A stretch of DNA of 64,000 nucleotides from Oculina patagonica. Lineage: Eukaryota. Below the pieces are notes generated by a model. That model ran no database searches. It was not told the origin of the DNA and was given only the letters and a program-made list of their open reading frames with translations. Of this stretch, positions 1 through 11,900 are shown piece by piece (within the stretch, counting starts at the first letter, position 1; each line of letters starts with the position of its first letter). Position numbers and translations under genes: made by a program. The stretch spans positions 45,942,001-46,006,000 of the forward strand of contig NC_135759.1 of the NCBI RefSeq assembly GCF_052425735.1, given 5' to 3'.

Positions 1-466
1 ATGGAAAAAAGCACAATTTGAATGGAATTACTCATTTCAATTAAAAACGCAGCGAAAATACAATCAAAAAATGAGTGCGAGGTCGAAAGAGATGCCTTCG
101 AGCAGCCTTTACAAAACCTCTATCCTACAGAACCTCTTCTTTGTAGCTATGAAGGTGGATAACGCTTTCCATTGGTCAACTCACTAATCCACCAAGTGGA
201 TAGTATATATATATTTGTTTAATAGTTAAAAACTTTGTCAAACGTCCCCCATCTTTCACTCATTTTGAAATTAAGTGACACGCCACCCCGCACCACCGAT
301 AAACCTCCGGACCCCCGCCCCCCACCCCTTTCCGACAATGCGATAAATAATGTCCCTAAAAACACTTCTACAATAATCAGTGTCAGGAGCCCGTATATGA
401 CCTGAAATTGAACAAACACACTTGTGTAAACGTCACAAAATATAATCTCTTTCAGTTATTACTAAC

Positions 467-2033
467 CTTCAGTACACTTTTCAATGTAGACTCAGTAATA
501 TAAGTTTCGGCCTGAACTTCAATTCCACGACCCATAATGTAATTTTTAGGAAGGGCACTTTTATCACCACTCATCTTTGTTTCAATAAAATATTCCCGGA
601 TGTTGATATCAGGTCGTTCCCGGGCTATCTTCTCCATTGCCCACTTACAAGCGTGCCACGTGGTAACAGTGACACCATTTTGGCCAGCGGCATCAGCAGA
701 ATCGTAGACAAATTCCATTAGAAGATTACGACCTAAAAAAATGATAATTTGTTTCTCAATATTACTTTTTTAAAATTGCTTTAGACGACCATGCAGAGAA
801 TGAAAAGAAATCATCAGCCACTGACATTTTGCTTTGCTACAGTCTTCGTTGTTATTTTTGTTGTCGGGCCAATGTTGTATTTGTTGTTCTAGTGTATGAC
901 TACAAACATTCTAGCAACTAGCTGTAAAAGAGATGTGTAGCATGTAGTAATTAAGAGTACATGAATAAGAAGAATAAAGCAATACCAATAAACCAGGGTT
1001 CCAATGATTGAAGCTTGCAGTGATGGCTAACCTCGCTTGCTTTTGATTTCAGCTCGTCCAAATGATCAACAAGCCACTCAGATAGTAGGCGAGCTTGGTG
1101 CATGGAGTCAGTGACGAAATGTGGCACTCTCGTGATCCGGCGCTTTATAACACGTGCCGTGACACCTCCACATCTTATAAAGAACCATAACAGAAAGTTA
1201 TAGGATAGATTTTAAAAAAACAAGTTAGTGAAATTATACTAAGATGGCATTTTATTACATGGCCGTGTCTCACAAGGATTGGGAACTGTGAATTCGGGAA
1301 TTGAATTGGCTAAAATCTTTAAAATGCATGACTAAAAAATTATCAACTTAAAGATATACAAAACTTGACGAAGTTTTTTGAAGGTGACCGAAGAGCAACT
1401 GAAGAATACCAGGATAAAACATGTTCCAATTGACTGCTGAATTAAGCATGATCAAAGGCTTGCAATGTGAACCCGCCTTTTTTTATTATTGTTTTGATTA
1501 AGTCAGTTTATTATTTCGTACTTTAACTTACATGTTTTGCTATTCTTCTCTACACTGAAGAGACAAAAAAGCATTACATGGTAAGAGCTTGATGCGTTTT
1601 CAGTTAGTACTTTTCAATACCATATCACTCACTCGTTCGAAGACTAAAGCTTGCTCGTTCGCAATGTCATTATCTCGTCAATAAAACCGATATCAGGCTT
1701 TAACACGTATTAATCTTATTACCTGGTAATAGCAGTAGCACCTCGTGAAACATAGGCGACAACCGCACCTTCTGTTATGGCAAAAGGACAAACAATTAGT
1801 TCATCCTGCACATAATCTCCTTTGATAAGCAGTGGGCCAGCTGTGCCCAGCGGAATCTTAGCCAATCCTATTGGGTTTTCAATATTCCCTTTTAGATTTT
1901 CAGTGGAATATCCTTGTGAAGTACGAGGATCCCACCATTGTCCAACGTTTGAGAGGGAAGCGGAGGTGAATTGTTCAACCCATTTTCTTCTGTCTTCGCA
2001 GTCTTTAAGTTTGTAGCTACCTCTGTGTGGAAC
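467..2033 (-). CDS. Class I HMG-CoA reductase-like gene, prokaryote-like; three visible exons (2033-1723, 1173-986, 732-467); continues off the left edge, start codon not located
   Basis: Hand-spliced GT-AG exons keep frame. They encode GNIENPIGLAKIPLGTAGPL, PFAITEGAVVAYVSRG (catalytic Glu), DAAGQN (equivalent of DAMGMN) and SGDKS...NYIMGRGIEVQAE. Confidence 0.88.
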
Positions 2034-2380
2034 CTTGAAAGAAAAAAGGAAACAAACTAACTGCGCTCAGTTTTCAGCAGAGATTGATTTTTTTAAAAAA
2101 AATATGTTATTTGAAAAAGAACGCCCGAAGAAAGAGGTCATATAAGTTAAGAACGTAGCCTCAGATAGTTTGTCAATGAGACACATTGTTTTAAATTCTG
2201 ATATACAAGAAGAAAAAATTTTAAGCAAGTTACCGCAGATACACACAGATTGTCTATTTTGGGATATTTTAACTCGTTTGAATGCAATGCAATACAAAAT
2301 ACAACGTTTTGTGTTTGTATATTAGTTTCTCCAATAGGTCTTGCAAATATATGTATCATAATACCTGAAGAAGAACACAT

Positions 2381-2418
2381 CGTCTCGTTATAGAGAGCAA
2401 CGTCTCGTTATAGAGAGC
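2381..2418. repeat. 20-bp tandem duplication (cgtctcgttatagagagc x2)
   Basis: Directly visible. Confidence 0.8.
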
Positions 2419-2529
2419 TCTTTCCTGATTAAACGACGGTCACTAGATGTTTTAATTCCCGGAATCCTCAACGATCTAATCATCACAAAATCCCCTTTTG
2501 GCACAAATGAAAAAAAAAATAAGAGCAGT

Positions 2530-2590
2530 TAATCAATCAATCAATCAATCAATCAGTCATTCATTCAGTCATTCAGTCAGTCAGTCAATG
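2530..2590. repeat. Compound tetranucleotide microsatellite (TCAA/TCAT/TCAG)n
   Basis: Directly visible. Confidence 0.85.
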
Positions 2591-2680
2591 GTTCATCTAT
2601 AAATTTAAGGCCTAAGAAGCTAATGAGCTCATTAAAAAACGTACGCTCGCAAAGTACACAAATTAAAAGTTTATTAAGAA

Positions 2681-4006
2681 TATTCTATTCTTAGTCCATA
2701 TATTCCTGATAAATATACTACGCAAGATTCTTTTTCTTTTGTTCAGGAGTTTCAAAATATTAGATCATACGACAAGTTTCTTATTTCATTTGATGTACAA
2801 AGTTTATTTACTAATATCCCTCTTGAGGAGACTATAAATATTGCAGTCAATACTATCTTCAAACATAATCCTGATTTTCCCATTAGTAAGGTTAGTCTTA
2901 AAAAGTTGTTTTCATTTGCTACTTCTCATACCCATTTTTTATTCAATGGTTGTTTTTATGATCAAATTGATGGGGTGGCTATGGGCTCCCCTTTGGCTCC
3001 TATCTTAGCTAACTTGTTTATGGGTTTCCATGAGGAACAGTGGTTAAATAATTATAAAGACTCCCCTATCTTATTTTACCGTAGATATGTCGATGACACC
3101 TTTTGTGTATTTAACAATGAGCAAGATGCCATGTTATTTTTAGATTACCTTAATACCAGACATCCTAACATAAGATTTACATTTGAAAAGCAGTTAGAGG
3201 GTAAATTACCTTTCTTAGATATTTTAGTAGATAACTCTTCTCCTATTTGTACCATGTCTATATATCATAAGAAAACCTACACTGGTCTTCTTACTAATTA
3301 CTTTAGTTTTACTTCATTTAAGTATAAAATAGGTTTAATTCATACCTTAGTTGACAGAGCTTTTAAAATCAATAACTCTAATTCGGGTTTTCGCAAAGAT
3401 CTCGCTAAATTAACAGAAACTCTTAAACGTAACTCATTTCCCTCCCACATAATTGACAAAATCATTAAACGTTATCTAGATAATGTTAGACTTAATTCCT
3501 CTAGTGATGTTAGTATTAGTAATTCTAACAACAACAGCACTCGCTATTTTAAACTACCTTTCATCGGCAATGTATCTAATATAACCCAGATAAAAATTAA
3601 ACAGTTATCTAGGCGTTTTTGCAGCGACTTAAACATCAAGTTAGTTTTTTCCTCTTTTAAAATAAAGAATTTTTTCAGTTTTAAAGATCCCATTCCTGAT
3701 GCTATTAGATCCTCTGTTGTTTATCAATTTACTTGTGCGGGATGTAACTCCCGTTATATTGGCGAGACTTCCCGTCATTTTTCAACAAGGATCAAAGAGC
3801 ATACTTTAACTGACAAAAATTCACATGTTTTTAAACACCTTAACAGTTCATCTAATTGCAAAAATTTATACACATCTGATTGCTTTAAAATTTTGGATTC
3901 TGCTCAAACCGTTTATTTTCTTAAATTAAAAGAGGCCTTTTACATTAATAGTTTAAAACCAGATTTAAACACTCAAGTGCAGCATGTCAACACCTTTTTA
4001 TTTTAA
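2681..4006 (+). CDS. Penelope-like RT/GIY-YIG ORF, N-terminally truncated, otherwise uninterrupted
   Basis: ORF 2906-4006 extends in frame upstream to the element boundary (SILSPYIPDKYTTQDSFSFVQE...). Confidence 0.88.
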   Translation, partial: YSILSPYIPDKYTTQDSFSFVQEFQNIRSYDKFLISFDVQSLFTNIPLEETINIAVNTIFKHNPDFPISKVSLKKLFSFATSHTHFLFNGCFYDQIDGVAMGSPLAPILANLFMGFHEEQWLNNYKDSPILFYRRYVDDTFCVFNNEQDAMLFLDYLNTRHPNIRFTFEKQLEGKLPFLDILVDNSSPICTMSIYHKKTYTGLLTNYFSFTSFKYKIGLIHTLVDRAFKINNSNSGFRKDLAKLTETLKRNSFPSHIIDKIIKRYLDNVRLNSSSDVSISNSNNNSTRYFKLPFIGNVSNITQIKIKQLSRRFCSDLNIKLVFSSFKIKNFFSFKDPIPDAIRSSVVYQFTCAGCNSRYIGETSRHFSTRIKEHTLTDKNSHVFKHLNSSSNCKNLYTSDCFKILDSAQTVYFLKLKEAFYINSLKPDLNTQVQHVNTFLF

Positions 4007-4199
4007 TCTTTTGTTCTATTAGTAACGGTCTAAAGCTCACACTGTGAGTAATTACTGTTCTAGACAGTACCAGACAGTACCTGCCACTTTGTAACGGCTT
4101 TACCGTTATCTTTTGTTATTGTAATTTTACTTTGTATACATTTCTATTTTTGTATTTGTAGCTTGGGTATATATATAGCCCTAGATTTTAAATTCTCAA

Positions 4200-4240
4200 T
4201 AAACTGAAGATGGCATAAGTCATGCCGAAACATGTCTTTA
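4200..4240 (+). ncRNA. Minimal type I hammerhead ribozyme in the Penelope pLTR
   Basis: TAAA-CTGAAGA-T-GGCAT(AAGTC)ATGCC-GAAA-CATG-TC-TTTA: core CUGAnGA and GAAA, stem II GGCAT/ATGCC, palindromic ACATGT helix III, GUC cleavage triplet, stem I TAAA/TTTA. Confidence 0.85.
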
Positions 4241-4609
4241 AAAAGTTGTTTCGTGTTTTTCAAATTAGTAATTTTATTAAGAACAACAATACAAACGTCT
4301 AAGTGTTTTAAACTGTGTCAAGAAGATTATTGTTGACGACAGAAGACTATTGAACAAATTCTAGACCAAGGTGGGGTCAAATACAAGTGGTTGTGAAGAA
4401 GCTCCACCCGACGACGAGGGGTGTTTTTTTTTTCTTGTGGGGAGGGGGGGTCACCATGATGCTACCCCTACTCCCTGAACAATAATTTTACAACTCCTTC
4501 GTTTATTAAAATTTCACAAGGTTTGATACCCACGATAAGAAACACGACAGCAGAAGAACTGTGAGAGGGCGAACCGCCAAGGAAACAATCCACCGGAACA
4601 GCGAGGATC

Positions 4610-4675
4610 GAAGTGCACCAATCACAGCTGTTGAAAACAGACCAATCACAGCGGATTGGTAACGCGTGATCAGTC
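4610..4675 (-). promoter_or_regulatory. Candidate promoter: three clustered CCAAT boxes plus an SRE-like ATCACGCGTT, upstream of the HMGR-like gene
   Basis: CCAATCACAG at ~4618 and ~4642, GATTGG at ~4654, aacgcgtgat at 4661-4670. Assignment to the HMGR gene is positional inference. Confidence 0.4.
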
Positions 4676-7181
4676 GTCTTTATCACTAGCAGCGTGCAGT
4701 CGAAACGTCGCGATTCACATCACAAGTGAATACATCGTGAGACGAACGATAATGATGTTTCATGAATCAATTTCAATTACCGAAAACGCTGCGATTAGTT
4801 TTCACAATTTCATTTCCATTTCGTTTTATTTTCATAAAATATCTTTACGAAGTGTTCACCTACTGAATTTTCAAGTGCAATAATACGTTTGTGAAAATGA
4901 AGACTCGTATAGCCCTCGTCCCATAAATAAAATAACAGTTCGGTACGAAAAAAGTGCGAATAATAAGAGCCATTAGATGCAAGCACTAACAGCACCTGTT
5001 ATAATTCATATACAAATAATTTCAAGTACGTTGTTAGTGTATTAAAAAGAAAAATGGAAAAAGCCAAATAAGGATTAATTAGCTTAATCATCATAGCTGG
5101 TGGCATTTACAGGAAACTCGCGAGTTTATATCTGTACACATATTAATTGTGTTAGAAGATTTTAAGGCCTTTTGAGACCCGTTTTTGCGAATTTTAATCA
5201 TATCGTTTAAATTCATTATTAATTCCTTTATGACTTTTTTCCATTTTTTTTTTCTATAACAAAGTTATTGCAATTAGGTGTATATTAATTTAAGCGTGTT
5301 TCAAGAAAAAACGTACACGATGAATAATTCAGTCAATGCAATTAAATTCGGTTATTAATAAACATGGGTCATTTGCGCGACTTCCATAGTCCAACAAGCG
5401 CTGGTTTATCGTTGAGGGCAGTATTTTTATTCCCAAGGAGTTCGCAAGACCAATTTATATAGAGAAGCATAAAGAAACTTCCAACCCAACGGTGCATCAA
5501 TGTTGCTCTGTTTCACGTATCTATTTCGTGTCGTGTATATGGTCAACGCTTGTTCATCTGCTGGGATAATTCAGAAATTAACCAATTTTATCTATTGTCA
5601 TTTATGTTAAAGAAAGACAATCATTTGAACTTCATCTTATCAGTTTCTGGCGTGAAACAAAAAAATTGTCTAAAAATTTAACCTCTTGATCTCGTTTTCT
5701 TTGGAAGGGAGTCCAGTCGTCTACTCTTAATGGATTGACCCCAAGTGGAAAAACTCAAGTTGGTGTTTCATTAATGGATAAGGCCTTTCAAGAGGCCTTC
5801 TAAGAGCGGTAGCCGTGTCGCAATGTCGCATGCTTCTGTCAATTGATGTCGCCCAGGCAACTACTGTAAATGTCTTCGTCTTTTTTCCCGGTGTACCAAT
5901 CTGTTGCAGCTATTTTTTGCAGAATATAATCATCGCGATCTTTGCTATTAACCCATCGCAAAAAAAAAAAAAACAGCAGAGAAAAATTAATACCCTCTTA
6001 AGAAAAACCCTTTTATATAAGCTTTAAGAAAGTTGATCTTTTGTCCTCATCCTACATTTATATAAGCTTGTTGTCAGAAGCATACGACATAAAGACACGG
6101 CTACCCTTCTTGGAAAACCTCATACATTACGTTAGGCGTTCTGTGTTTCTCTACCTACAACGCAGAACAATACTTCGCAAACAGGAACAGGTATCAGAAA
6201 GAAACTCATCTTTACCACTCCATTAGCGATGGTCCACAGAATCGAGAGCTTCCATTTTACCTAGCTGTTATTAGCTGTTATTGTTTTAAGATCTACTTAC
6301 AAAGATGACTTACCGTACTGAAACTTTAACGTTCAACGTTTTCTTTTTGAGACAGGCAATCCTTCGTCACAGGTTAACTAGATGCGATCTGCAGCAGTGA
6401 CTTTTGTTCTTTGTTCTTGGCCGCACAATGTCATCATTTGGCTACCAGAATTCATTCCTTATTTTCTTTTATAATTCAAATATTGAAACAACAATGGTTT
6501 GCCGAGCTAAAAGCTAAACTTTTGTTTTACAAAAAGAGATCAAGATTAACAAATGCAAAACCGCCCGGGTATAGTGTAAAGACTGTTGAAATGTAGTGTG
6601 TTGTTAGTGAAATGTTTTCATCTGGCCTAATCAGCCGTCTAAGAGACCATCGATATCCAAAGACTAAAAATATACTGAAGTTGACTAGCAGGCAGTTTTG
6701 CCAGTTGCTTAAATTGGAGGCCTCACGGCGTGGATCATTTCATTGCTTGCTTCTCTTCGTCTTTAAAAATTATTTTATTAAATCTCTCATCAAAATGAAA
6801 AAAAACAAGTGCGAATGTTTATTTACGACCTCCTATTCAATTTCACGTGCTTGCAAAGTAGTGTATTGCGTGATCAAAGAGATGCTTTTCATCCGCAAGC
6901 TGCGACCGATCCTTAACGTGCAAACGGACTCTGTCCGCGCAAAAGTGTCCATCTAGGAATTTTTGCTTTGTGCAAATTTAAAAACTCTTTAACGACATCG
7001 CATAATTTAATTTTTAGTGGTGAGAATGGCCTCAAGATGATGCCGAAACGTCGACTGATTACAATATTTTTCGCATGTGTATGCTTTACAAAATCTCTTT
7101 TGACCAAACGTCGTAAAATGCTTTGTTATATTTCGATAATAAGGTTTACAAATTATTGGCAGTATATTTAATATATATGGA

Positions 7182-7322
7182 AAGATTTCCGCACAGCCCC
7201 ATACATTAATTATGTATGCAACTATTTCATACTATCACTATACACAAACAGCAATCATGAAAAGAACGAGTCAGTCAGAAAATCGCATGGGTAATTAATG
7301 TATGGGGCTGTGCGGAAATCTT
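7182..7322. mobile_element. MITE with 31-bp perfect terminal inverted repeats
   Basis: aagatttccgcacagccccatacattaatta (7182-7212) and its reverse complement (7292-7322). Confidence 0.8.
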
Positions 7323-8912
7323 GCCTTTTATTACCTGCCTTTGAATACACAAACCACTTTTACGTAAGGCGGCTATCCATCGTCACGAAATCAGCGAATT
7401 CCTTCAGTGTCACTGCTATCGATCGTTGGTCGGCTTACGGCTAGTCAAACGATAAAAATACATGAGATGATCGCCAGCGGCAGCTGTGACCTTAAGCGGA
7501 GTATCTACCGGTATAATAATACTTTTCGTGGATATCAATGCTATTGCTTAACTTTACGCAGGCTTTACATTTGGTGGGCTTATTTTCGGAGATTGTTGGG
7601 GGGGGGGGGGGACTTTTTTTCGGATGACTTTAAGAGTACACTCTGTTTTTTTTTTCTATAATAATTTATTATAAGAATATCAAGGTTGGAATTTGCGAAA
7701 TTTTAAGAATATTTTTAGTTTAAACCCGAGGCTGAGATTTTGAAAATAATTTAATTATGTGTGTTGAATATTTGTAAATACAATACAATTATATGTTTCT
7801 AACTAAGCCATATAACATTCTTCCTTTCTCTAAACAGCGAAATAAAACCATAGAACGATAAAAACCTGTACTGGGCAAATGTCCGATGTTAGTGTTAGTC
7901 TGATGAATGAGTGTAATACACATGTATGGTATATATTACAAAAGACATGAACTACACCTATAATCTGAGAAGAGGAAAAACAATATTCTTATAACTAGAA
8001 AAAAGTGTATTTCCTATTCAGCTTCAAATATTAGTGCTCGGCAAGTTTTCAGTAGTCTATGTTATTAATTCAAGCGTTCTGGTAGGGTAAGCGCCTTATT
8101 TATTCGTTATCTGTAATTCTTGTTTATTTTCTGACATTATTTTGTACCAATTTTAAAAGGAAATGCGTACGGTATTTTCTCGCGTGACTAACTTGCGTGA
8201 CCGGAGTGTCGTAAAAACCACCCCACACTATAATTATTAATTTTAACATGCATTCGGTTTCCCATAAGTAATCAGTGTGAAAGTCGTTATTTTTAAAACG
8301 TGTTTTACATGGAAACATTATCTGAATTAGGTCTCTAAGTGTGTTTTATTTTTATATCCGTTATATCTGCTACATCTAGTTATACCGTGAACTACAAGGA
8401 AGTCGAAGAAAATTTGCATCACGGAAGTAATCCCCTGATTCCGGGGAAAATGTATCTTGAACATCAACAGCATTATTCGAAACTTTCTTTTGAGGTTGCA
8501 GACTTCATCAACTAAAAAATAATGCCTATAATGCAAGCCAAAGTGAAGTCAAAGCCAGACTATTGTTTTCAATTCTGAGAAATGGTCCTTTCCAAAAATA
8601 GCATTTATAAAATGTTTTGATTTGTGTCGACATTATGCAAATCTCGCGAGTTCCGAGAAAACACTCGCTTCTTCCAGGAATCGACACTAATTGCTCTGAG
8701 TCTGCGCACTATCGTTCACATTGTGTTGACAGAACTTTAAATGTGCTTAAATTGCAACTTTCGTAGATCCCTTGTATATTTTTTCTTGACGTTTGGATTT
8801 TGAGTTGGACGATGAGAAGAAGTTGAAACATCGCGAATGCGGACAGCAGTTTCAATATATTGTATGGGAACGTTTTTATCATTGTTTTGTCATTCTGGGT
8901 GCCTGTGTTAGC

Positions 8913-11900
8913 ATGGCGAGTCGGCGAAATCAAGGCCCGAAGCACAAATTTCCGTCTAAAGCGAAAGAAATCGCGCTGAACATAAACATTTGGGAAGATC
9001 GCTTCCGAACAAGCACCGATCAAGGAAATCGCAGTCGCCTTGAAGATTTCCAAAATCATCTCCGAGCTCATAGTTTCCAAGTTGAGAAAGCACACGATTC
9101 TGTAGCGGTTTCTGGAAATGCTAGGAACATAAACATCAAGTTGAAGACCACAGATTACGGCAACTCGAGCTTAGGAAAATTTTTCGAGCGACTTCGGCGA
9201 CAGTGGTGTTCGTCCATTTGTCGGCGCGGTGATTCATTCTGGTTGGAATCTGCTGAAAGCCCCAAAAATACTTTCAAGTACAAATCGGACGGGACAAGAC
9301 AACGGCTGCAAGCTACTTCCTTCAGCTTTGGAAGTTTTTACGACCGGGGAACCTATATAAAGCATTGGTCTAGTGATGAAGATGCATCCCTCATTGAAAA
9401 TGGAAATATTCAAAGCGAGTTTACGCACGATACGAAAACTCTGGAGATCTACTTCAAGGCTGGCTTTCCCGAGGGATTCAAAGAGGTTCGCATTGAAATG
9501 GAATACAGACAGTTTGAGAATTATGTTGTAGTGGATGAAAACAATCTAGAGGATCAAGCTGGAGGAACAGTCCACTTTTATTTTCCACTCCAGTGGCCTC
9601 CAAAAGTATCTGAAGGTAACTCTATAATTTTACAAATTAACTCATATTAACTAAATTAAATAATATAAGGGTCCAACAGATTACGAAAAAGAGAAAAAAG
9701 GTTTAAAGCTGAGCTCCAAGACCCCCTACCCGATTTAGTTCAAATTTTGTATCGTTATGAAGTTCTAGTCACCAAGATTCAGTTAAAGCCGCGCTGATAG
9801 ATGTCCGAAGTCTTTTGCAGCATATTCTTTTATCTCATCTCTTTGCGAATGAAAATTCTGCATATTCTTTTATATCTTACTTTAAAGGAGGAGGAGTTAC
9901 CCTAGCAACCGTATAGCAAGAGGGTTATCCAAGCAATTACACGTTTCTTCCTTAGTTTATCGATGTATTTACAATATTTGTATCCTTGTAAGTACGGACC
10001 GGAGTTTTGTTTCAACGTTGGAGTTTAAGCAGTTGACCGAGAAACGTGAGCTAATGTGGCAAGAGAGATCACAAGGCCCTCTTTCCCAAACGTTAACGAC
10101 GACGAAGACGATGATGGTGATAGAATACGGGCTCCTACGGATAACTCGCCTCAGTCACCCCCGGGACAACTTTATTTTGGCTACAAGAAGCCAAACAAGA
10201 ACATGCAATATACCAAGCCGACAAAACAAAAAAAATACGCCCCAAAAGACATAATATTAACTAAGGTTTTGTTTTGTTTATTTCTTCTGAAAGAATGCTA
10301 CTTTTTTGACCCTAGAGCTGGGGTAGCCGTTACCCTGCCTCGTTTTAAACAAGGCCTTAGTCTAGACGTACAATGGTCGTTCTTGTTGTCCCAGTTGTCT
10401 GACAAAGAATCTTGCTTATGCTAACTTTTAGTAAAGTAAATTAATGTATTTGTTCTGTTTTGTTTAGGGGTGATGAACATCAACGACTACACCAACTATG
10501 ACCGTCTGACGCACTTTTTAGGGTGCAGTCGAGAGATCCTGGGATCCAGTTCAGTATTGTGTTTGAGATTTGAATTGAAACAGCAACCGGAAGAAGACGA
10601 GGTAGATTCACCGCTGGGATTAATGGCCGACCTTTCTCGAAGAGGTAATCTTTAGTTAATGGTAAACTAAATAAGGAACTGTACACGTCTTTGTTTAAAG
10701 TTAAGGGGAGCAGGGGTGGCGCGGTGGTAAGAGCGCTCGCCTCCCACCTATGTGGCCCGGGTTTTTTCCCCTCCGGTGTATATTGGGTTGTTTTTTTTTT
10801 TTGTTCTCTTCCTTTTTCCGGTTTTTTCTCCGGGTTCTCCGTTTTTTTTCCCCCCAAAAAAACAAACTCTCCTTTTTCTTTTTTTTCCCTTGCCCCCTCT
10901 TTTTTTAAGTCTATCGATACCCAAAAGACGGCTAGTTCGCACACAAACCAGTACTTATAGTCTATCTTCGTAGACTATTACGACATTTCAGTTACCCAAT
11001 TCCGGAATATCTTCTAAAGCGTCTCACGTTTCGTTAGCCGCTGCTGCTTCTTTTTCTTTCCTTCCTTTNNNNNNNNNNNNNNNNNNNNNNNNNNNNNNNN
11101 NNNNNNNNNNNNNNNNNNNNNNNNNNNNNNNNNNNNNNNNNNNNNNNNNNNNNNNNNNNNNNNNNNNNNNNNNNNNNNNNNNNNNNNNNNNNNNNNNNNN
11201 NNNNNNNNNNNNNNNNNNNNNNNNNNNNNNNNNNNNNNNNNNNNNNNNNNNNNNNNNNNNNNNNNNNNNNNNNNNNNNNNNNNNNNNNNAAATTGTCTTT
11301 AAATTATGTTATCTATGCCTCGTTCAGCTTTGGTGTTAGGACTCCGAGAGTTGGTACTTCCCGGTCTCTTTTTACTTTAGTACCGTTAGTTCCCAGAGTA
11401 TAAAGAAAGTTTTTGCAAAGTTTTTGGGTCGACGCTCGGTAGTTATCGTTTATCTTGAAAACCCTTCCTAATGGACAATATATTGGTCCATATTTGCCAA
11501 TTTGCCCATTATATAGCCAAAATTCCTATGCAGCATGTTAGCGAGCTGAATTGTAATCTAATTTACCTGCTATTTATCTTTGTTAGGCTTTCCTGTCTAC
11601 TTTGCGGCGATGAGGACGAAATCCCCCCGAGGGCCCACAGAAGCTCCAAGGAAACCTGAGCTATCTGACCACAAGATCACGTACGCTTTGGAATGTTTGC
11701 TGTCTCGAGGATACAAAATAAGTGATCGTATTTCCAGAAGGTTTTACGACCTATTACGAAGGGCCACGGACAGGTACGAGTCGCTTCTGGAGAATAAACT
11801 GGTGTCCCCCGAAAAGGTCAGCAAAGCTTTGTACCGACTGGTGACTCTTGTGGAGAATGATCGTTTCTGTCCACTCGAGTACTATCTGGAAAGTCTACTG

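Larger units (their letters stand above)
2681..4272 (+). mobile_element. 5'-truncated Penelope-like retroelement (RT + GIY-YIG endonuclease + 3' pLTR)
   Basis: RT motifs SFDVQSLFTNIP, GVAMGSPL and RRYVDD; GIY-YIG region VVYQFTCAGCNSRYIGETSR. Flanked by identical TTTATTAAGAA at 2670-2680 and 4273-4283 (TSD). Confidence 0.93.

Noticed and set aside
10018-10424. Acidic ORFs in RdRP intron 1 as a possible extra exon
   Set aside because: No polypyrimidine tract or good acceptor in the required phase; exons 1 and 2 already join in frame.
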